From Octopus vulgaris (taxonomy: Eukaryota), in the NCBI GenBank assembly GCA_951406725.2, contig OX597823.1:86242001-86306000 (forward strand): a stretch of DNA of 64,000 bases, given 5' to 3'. Below the pieces are notes generated by a model. It saw nothing but the letters and a program-made list of their open reading frames with translations, made no database searches and was not told the origin of the DNA. Position 1 is the stretch's first letter. Every line of letters begins with the position of its first letter. The position numbers and the translations under genes are program-made. Positions 56,440-64,000 of the stretch are shown here, piece by piece.

Positions 56440-57010
56440 TCCTTTTCTACTCTAGGCACATTGCCCGAAATTTTGGGAAGGGGGCTAGTATATTAGATCG
56501 ACCGTAGTACGCAACTGGTACTTAATTTATCGACCCCGAAAGGATGAAAGGCTGAATTTGAACTCAAAACGTAAAGACAGACGAAATACCTATTTCTATT
56601 TCTTTACTACCCACAAGGGGCTAAACACAGAGAGGACAAGCAAGGACAGACAAACGGATTAAGTCGATTATTTCGACCCCAGTGCGTAACTGGTACTTAT
56701 CTAATCGACCCCGAAAGGATGAAAAGCAAAGTCGACCTCGACGGAATTTGAACTCAGAATGTAACGGCAGACGAAATACCTATTTCTTTACTACTCACAA
56801 GGGGCTACATAGAGAGGACAAACAAGGACAGACAAACGGTTTAAGTCGATTACATCGACCTCAGTGCGTAACTGGTACTTAATTTATCGACCCCGAAAGG
56901 ATGAAAGGCAAAGTCGACCTCGGCGGAATTTGAACTCAGGACGTAGCGGCAGACGAAATACTGCTAAGCACTTCGCCCGGCGTGCTAACGATTCTGCCAG
57001 CTCGCCGCCT
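56440..57010 (-). mobile_element. SINE family A trimer
   Basis: One head (ends 57009), cores anchored by CGAAATAC at 56582, 56772, 56954, terminal tail at 56440-56490. Confidence 0.9.
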
Positions 57011-57334
57011 GACTATACAAATATCGCAGATACATACATGTGATTTGAGGGAGATGTGGCTACTATCTCTAGTTTAGAGTGCGTAGAGATGTCAGCGCTA
57101 TCAACATGGATGAACTTACATCAATATGTCGGTATTTCTTTAGCTTGCTGTATCTTCAGATTAATCTAGTAACCAAGAGTTCAAATTGATTAATTATCTG
57201 ATTGGTAATAAACTGAAGTAAAACATAAACAGATCATGCGATTATATTTGTAATATGAACCTCCCAAAGTACATTTCTGACTTTTTCTCTCCTTTTAGTA
57301 TAACTTCCAGAAGTGGGATTTCTCCGAAGCCATG

Positions 57335-58300
57335 ATCTGAGTTTAAATTCCGCCGGGGTCGAATTTGCCTTTCATCCTTTTCGGGTCTATGAAATAAGTA
57401 CAACACGAGCACTGAAATCTACGTAGTCGTCTTGTCCCTTCCCGCTCAGCTTATTAGCCTTGTATCAAAATTTGAAATAAAATTAATATGAAGTTATTCT
57501 ATGGTGGCGAAATGGCAGAATCGTTACGAGGTCAGGCAAAATGCTTAGCAACATTTCGTCCGTCTTTACGCTCTGAACTGAATTTCTCCTAAGGTCGACT
57601 TTGCCTTTCGTCCATCCGAGATCGATAAAATATGTACCAGTCGTGCGCTGGAGTCGATTTTATCGACTTAGCCTCTATCCAAAAACCGCTGGCCTTGTGC
57701 CAAAGTTTGAAACCAATATGTAGTCATTGTCAGGCCAATCATATTGATAAAGATCTCTCACAAAAAAATCTAATATAGATAACGATTCTATTGTTCACCT
57801 CTGCGTGAGGTGGTGAGATGGCAGAAGCGTTAGCACACCGTGCGAAGTGCGTAGATTCGGCCATTTAGTCCGTTTTAATATTCTCAGTTCAAATTCCGAG
57901 GGCCGACTTTGCCTTCTCGATAAAATAAATACCAGTCAAGCACTGGCGTTGATGTAACCTAGTGGTTCCCAAAGTGGGCAGTACTGCCCCTTGGGGGCAG
58001 TGGGATGATAATGGAGTGTCCAAAATGAGGTGATTGATGTAAATAAAAATAATAACAGGCTAATTAGGTTTAAGTTTTAAGTGTGAAATACAGTTGTGTT
58101 GAATTTGCTGCAGAAAGTGGTCTATATTATGAGGGGGCACTAGGAATATGACCTGGAGGACAAGGGGGTAAATTGAAAACGAATTAGCCCTACCCACCAA
58201 ACTGCTGGACTTGTACCAAATTTTAGAACCAATGTGGAGTCATTGTTTCCTTATCAGGCCAATCCTATTGTTAAAGATCTCTCACAAGAAAATCTATGTG
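57335..58300 (+). mobile_element. Three diverged SINE A copies with shared 3' flank; third interrupted by a truncated hAT-like insert (57960-58180)
   Basis: CAGGCCAATC.TATTG.TAAAGATCTCTCACAA occurs at ~57730 and ~58255; insert begins TAGTGGTTCCCAAAGTGGGCAGTACTGCCCC (Charlie-like TIR). Confidence 0.7.
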
Positions 58301-58519
58301 AACAAATATAATATAGATATGTATTTTATTGTTCTACTTGATTAGCGCCAGCATTGAATGGGCTTTTTTTATTTCTTTGTTTCTTTTTTTTTTTTCATTC
58401 ATTCGTGGTTTAAATATAGACTCGTAATTATTTGATTACCTCAAAAGATTTTTATTACTTTTTTATGACCAGATAATATTATTCTGGGTGAATTATACTT
58501 CTAAATTGAGATCAGTGCG

Positions 58520-58565
58520 GGTGATGTATATGTATGTGTATCTCTCTCTCTCTCTCTCTCTCTCT

Positions 58566-58643
<78 letters not shown>

Positions 58644-58821
58644 ATATATATATGCATATATATACACATACATATATATATACATACACATATATACATA
58701 TCTATCTATATATACATATGTATGTATATAATACATATTTATGTTCGTGTATATATATTTGTACGTATGTGTTTGTATGTATATATGTATGGGGTTAAGT
58801 ATAAATACGTGCATAAGTGTA

Positions 58822-58894
<73 letters not shown>

Positions 58895-59317
58895 CTACAT
58901 GTGGATATATATATATATATTTATATGTGTGTGTTTGTGAGTATTAACGCCTGTGTGCTGTATGTATGTGTATATATTTCTGATTGTGTAATAGTGTGTT
59001 ATATGGCATTCACTGACCTCGTCAACAGATTCACCTTTCGACCTTACTTTATAGAAGAGCAAATATTTACAACATAATCCACCCGACAGTGCTAGTAACA
59101 TTCCACCCGTATTTATTTACTATTTGTCTTTTATGCTTCACGAACAAATCTACCCGGGTAGTTGCTTTTTCTTTTTTCAAAGCCTGGAACTTATTCAGTC
59201 GTTCTCTGTGAGCCGAACTGATAGGTTTCGGAAACTTAAGCAAACTAGCGCTAGTTGTCAAGCGGTTGTAGGGAAAAAATACAAAGACATGCACGCATGT
59301 CATCATCATCATCATCG

Positions 59318-59348
<31 letters not shown>

Positions 59349-59451
59349 CATCATCATCATCACCATCACCATCATCAGCATCATCATCAGCAGCAGCGTC
59401 AAATTCATCATCATCACGACCATCACCACGACAACCACCACCATCTTTATA

Positions 59452-59487
<36 letters not shown>

Positions 59488-59530
59488 ACTACCACCACAA
59501 TCACAGTCACCACGATTATCATCATCACCA
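58520..59530. repeat. (TA)n/(TG)n and (CAT)n/(GAT)n blocks with a diverged SINE B tail (59060-59290, -)
   Basis: Visible runs; GTTGTCAAGCGGT motif. Confidence 0.85.
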
Positions 59531-59559
59531 CTCCATGCTGGCCCCACGGCACCTCTTGT

Positions 59560-59985
59560 TGTTGCGTGTCATATTTATGGCACATTCTCTTCCCGTAATG
59601 ATCTGCGAACCAACTATGAACCAAATGTCAAACGCTACTACCATATCCCCGTCTATAAACATCCACACATCTTGCAGCACCAGCTCTTGAACAGGTGTGA
59701 AGCGTAATCACCTGTCACTTTATCTCTTCCTCCTTCTTAATGATAAGGCACACTTCTCTGTATTCCCTGCCCCAGTCGATGGTTCATGTACCCTGCACAA
59801 CATCTGCTAGTGATCCTTTTATCCTAACCATTCATTTGAAGATATAAAGAAGCAGAATGAAACAGAATTATTGGGGGTTCCCGTCTTTATATTGCTTGTG
59901 GCATCTCACCCTGTGTATCTGCATTTGTCTGTTAAACAGCTGACATCTCTTATATTTCATGATGTTTTTGCACCCATTCCTATGT
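59560..59985 (-). pseudogene. Possible highly decayed RTE-clade LINE fragment
   Basis: Non-repetitive stretch with short frameshifted resemblances (WVQK, YRE, KVTG) to the RTE region preceding the RT thumb; weak. Confidence 0.3.
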
Positions 59986-60015
59986 TATATATATATATAT
60001 ATCTATATATATATA

Positions 60016-60072
<57 letters not shown>

Positions 60073-60175
60073 TACAAGCTTTATATCACGTTTTCTATGA
60101 TACGTTTTAAATTTTACGTACCGATAGTTGTTACTAATACAAAAAAATTGTTGCCATGAGTATTATTATTATTAT

Positions 60176-60851
60176 ATGAAAACACAGCTTATTTTACTGG
60201 GTCTGATTGAAAGTGTCAACTGTCCACAGCCAGCAGACTAAGGTGACACTTGTTTACTGGTCATGCTTCAAGAACCCTGCAAAGAATTCTTACAGTTCCA
60301 ATCAATGCTGATTTTTCTAGGTGCTCCACCTTTACGCTTGCACCGATCTTTCTCAGCCATGTTGATAGTTGAGTGCTGATACTTCCAACTTCACAAATTG
60401 CTATTGGTATCACGTCTACTCTCTTCATTGACCACAACCTTCGTATTTCCCACGTCAAATCGTCATAGCTGTTTAACTTCCTTTCTTCTTCCACTTTGAT
60501 CCTGTCATCACCGGGGCATGCTATGTTGATTGTCATACATGTTCTTTCAAATTCATCAAAACAATGTCCAGTTTCTGATGTCAGGTCGCACTGGATTTTG
60601 CAATTCTCATTTTAAGTAACTTCTTCTGGAGTTTGCTCATATCAAGTCTTTGCTTTTTGTAGGATGTGATTTCAACAGAGCTTCCAATGGATCATTCTTT
60701 CCACATTATCAAGGCGTCTCCTGTATTCGCGTTGTGCCAATTTCGGTCATTCGCTAACGATGTGGCGTAACGTTTCACTCCTCTCACCACACATTCAGCA
60801 TTTGTCGCTATCGGTAGTGTTTTCAGTTTTGTACTTCATATAGTTGGTCCA
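60176..60851 (-). mobile_element. 5'-truncated R4/Dong-like retrotransposon (CCHC plus restriction-like endonuclease), flanked by (TAA)n
   Basis: TNYMKYK..DKC*MCGERSETLRHIVSE*PKLAQREYRRRLDNV..IHWKLC; INIACPGDDRIKVEEERKLNSYDDLTWEIRRLW..VIPIAI..EKSALIGTVRILCRVL*. Confidence 0.9.
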
Positions 60852-60905
60852 TTATTACTATTATTATTATTATTATTATCATTATTATTATTATTATTAT
60901 TATTA

Positions 60906-60963
<58 letters not shown>

Positions 60964-60965
60964 CA

Positions 60966-61785
60966 TATTTTTTTCTAGGTTTCTCTCAAAAACGTACTGA
61001 AAGGATACTATTCCAGAAAGGTTGCGCAAATGTGGTGAATGCTTATATTGCATACGTAATAACTTACCACCTGACTGTTGTGTTTTGCCCCTATTTCTAT
61101 TTCACCAGACTGGAGCTTCGTTTTTCTGCTTTCTGGAGGAAAAAAGTTCCATTGTTTGGGCGGGTTATCTGTTGCCTTCACCCGCTTGAAGGTAGAATTG
61201 ACATGCACTGGACTGCTACACCATCAGCTTTTCCTGGACGGTGAAAAGGTATGGTATCCGACAATAAGACGCATCTCTTCACAGCTCATATCATTGAAAG
61301 CTGTAGATTTGGGTCAAGAAAATATTAAGAACGGACGCCTGGAACGTGGCCACTGAATTGCCGTCAAGCACTCATCACTCTCAATCAATCGGGCAATGTT
61401 TTCGGTAGTAGATTTACATTAGCAATATATGGAGATTTGGTGGCGAGAAACAGCGAAGGAATTTACGGGGAGTCACTAGAAGTCGTCGAGGACGAACTAG
61501 TTCTGTTGTTTTAGAATATTTTCAATCCTGTGACTGCCATGGATAACTTCCAAAAATCCCTGGACTGGCAGTGCGCCTCGGTAACAATTCCGGTCCAAGA
61601 TAAAGTCTGCAAATTTGGAATTACCACTCGACGAGGGTGCTCAAGATGTGCACAGGAAGACAAAACTTCACACGATGCACTCGTGCAGTGTACAAGTACT
61701 GCTGCCATCTGGAGTGATGACGAAAATCTGTTGTCCCGTGTAAGGTGATTCCGGCTATAGAACGGGTCCAACGTGAAAAATCATA
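60966..61785 (+). pseudogene. Decayed Tx1/L1-clade LINE fragment (thumb region plus zf-RVT)
   Basis: FWRKKVPLFGRVICCLHPLEGRIDM resembles FLW..K.P.V.R..C..P...GGLGM; FQKSLDW..IPVQDKV.KFG..CSRCAQEDKTSHDALVQC...IW resembles the zf-RVT C-x2-C..ET..H...C motif. Confidence 0.8.
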
Positions 61786-61899
61786 CCATCACCACCACCC
61801 ACCTTTAACAAGGCAGGATAGGCAATGTTCTTCTGTTTGGGGCTATGGCGAAACAGGTTGTGTAATGAACAAGGCTGAAAGGAATGAGGAATGACAGCT

Positions 61900-62105
61900 T
61901 ACAGTTCTATATTTAAGAGATGAGGAATTATGTACATTATTTACATTATTTACACTATTTACATTTGAAGGATATTTGTCCTCATCTAGTTCGTTGTTAA
62001 CACAACGTTTCGACTGATATACTCTCCAGCCTTCTTCAGGTGTCTCGGGGAAATTTCGAGATGAGGACAAATATCCGTCGAATGTAAATAATGCAAATAA
62101 TGTAA
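61900..62105. mobile_element. Short Penelope-like repeat (family of 15662-15910) with inverted end
   Basis: GAGATGAGGAATTATGTACATTATTTACA..GGATATTTGTCCTCATCT, then inverted AGATGAGGACAAATATCC. Confidence 0.75.
62000..62045 (-). ncRNA. Minimal type I hammerhead ribozyme motif
   Basis: Minus strand ACAC-CTGAAGA-A-GGCTG(10 nt)CAGTC-GAAA-CG-TT-GTGT. Confidence 0.6.
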
Positions 62106-62509
62106 AGAAGGAAACCTTATTCGGTCAAGCCCTCATTGAGGTTCCTAAGTTCCACATGTAAACTGACGACAGATGAGCTCTCTCTTTCTCTCTCTCTCTT
62201 TCCCTCTCGCTCTCTCTTCCCTCGCGTATTAGTCTAATGGTGGAGGAATGTTCGAAGAAAGGTTTAGGGTGAATGGACGCACTCAAAGCATATGCTTGTG
62301 GATTGGGAAACCATATTTGTATGAAGGCTTGTGTGCTCGGTAGTCAGAGTGATCCTGGATCGGTGGGGTACCTCGATTTGCGGTAGTTATGGGATCTCTT
62401 GTATCAGAAGGGCTGAATCTTTCGCGTGTTCACATATTTTGTACGCTATCTATATCTTCCTCTCATTTTCTCTCCCTTTCCATTTTCTCTCATCTTTTAA
62501 GTACCCCGC

Positions 62510-62545
62510 CACACACACACACACGCGCGCGCACACGCACATACA

Positions 62546-62609
<64 letters not shown>

Positions 62610-62874
62610 AACAAATTGTAAACTGTCCTTCTAATGTAATTTCATCTGAAAACCTTGTGGCAAATAAAAAGAAATTATTATCATTCTTCTTCTTCTTCTT
62701 CTTCTTCTTCTTCTTCTTCTTCTTCTTCTTCTTCTTCTTCATATTATTATTATTATTACTTTCCCTTTCATCCTTTCGGGATCAAAAAATTAAGTAGCAG
62801 TTGTGTACTGGGGGTCGATGTAATCGACTTAACCCCTGCTCCCAAGTTTCAGGTCTTGTACCTATAGCAGAAGG

Positions 62875-62940
<66 letters not shown>

Positions 62941-62942
62941 GG

Positions 62943-63009
<67 letters not shown>

Positions 63010-63049
63010 TATAGCAGAAGGATTATTATTATTATTATTATTATTATTA

Positions 63050-63094
<45 letters not shown>

Positions 63095-63737
63095 CTCTTA
63101 TTCGGATTGCCATCGAATACAATCATGCGCATTCTCATCATTATCACAATCATCATCATCCCCATCAACATCATCATCATCCTCATCCTCATCATCATCA
63201 TAATATGTTACACGCTAAATGTTATACATTATATGTAATAAATACGTTTACTTATCTGCTATTGTCACCAATATGATAGTCATCATTATCATCATCATCG
63301 TCATCATTATCTTCATTATCATAATACTTATAATCACTTTAAAAAGAGGGAATTTTGAGTGAACCACAAATAATAAATATTCCATTCTCTCGTTCAATCC
63401 ATTTCCATTTCATCGGACTACAAATAGAGAAATAATTGATATTTTAGCTTTGAGCTTTTGCAACTTTCATCATTTTGTATTGAAAATTCCTTGCGGTTCT
63501 TAAAATCTATATAGTTGCGAAAGATGTATTGTCAACAAATATCTCGGCCAGTTCTTGGAGTACCAAGCATTCTATGACAAAAAAGAAAATCTATTTGGGC
63601 CTTTTCACCCGTCCTTGTTATAACTCTAATTCATTAAGATCCTTTTATAAATTCTTTGTTCAGATTAACTTTACGCAAAGACACACCTAGATACCTACAT
63701 ACATACATACATAGATACATACATAATGCATACATGC

Positions 63738-63778
<41 letters not shown>

Positions 63779-64000
63779 CATACATGCACAAACGCACACA
63801 CTAACATATATGCCTAGATACACACTCAGGCATGCATACATGCACATATACATATATACATACATACATGCATACATATGTATGTATATATATTGATAGA
63901 CAGATAACACAGAAACACATATAAGTGCACGCATGCGCATTACATACACACGCTTGTCGTCATGTATGTATGCTTGTATGCTTGTATGTATGCATATATA
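62510..64000. repeat. (CA)n, (CTT)n, (TAT)n, (CAT)n, (CATA)n blocks with a SINE A 3' fragment (62760-62875)
   Basis: Visible runs; CCTTTCATCCTTTCGGG..CTGGGGGTCGATGTAATCGACTT. Confidence 0.85.

Overview
AT-rich, repeat-dominated eukaryotic DNA, almost entirely non-coding. The SINE repertoire and microsatellite density point to a coleoid cephalopod, most likely Octopus (inference). Nearly all supplied ORFs are translations of (TA)n, (CA)n, (TAT)n, (GAA)n or (CAT)n tracts. Supported features: two divergent tRNA-Lys(CTT) genes from an inverted duplication (33949-34021 -, 35642-35714 +); one candidate 75-nt coding exon (106-180 +), suggesting the rest may be one very large intron; dozens of tRNA-derived SINEs of at least four families; decayed LINE fragments (CR1-group, RTE, Tx1/L1, and two R4/Dong-like restriction-like-endonuclease elements flanked by microsatellites); a mariner remnant; several MITEs; and two non-autonomous Helitron/Helentron elements. 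The most unusual layer is a set of minimal type I hammerhead ribozyme motifs with palindromic stem III in short Penelope-like repeats. One has a ~95-nt stem II insert and lies between the two tRNA genes. Many fold-back inverted repeats could also form dsRNA in a pre-mRNA. All calls are by eye; no database search was run.
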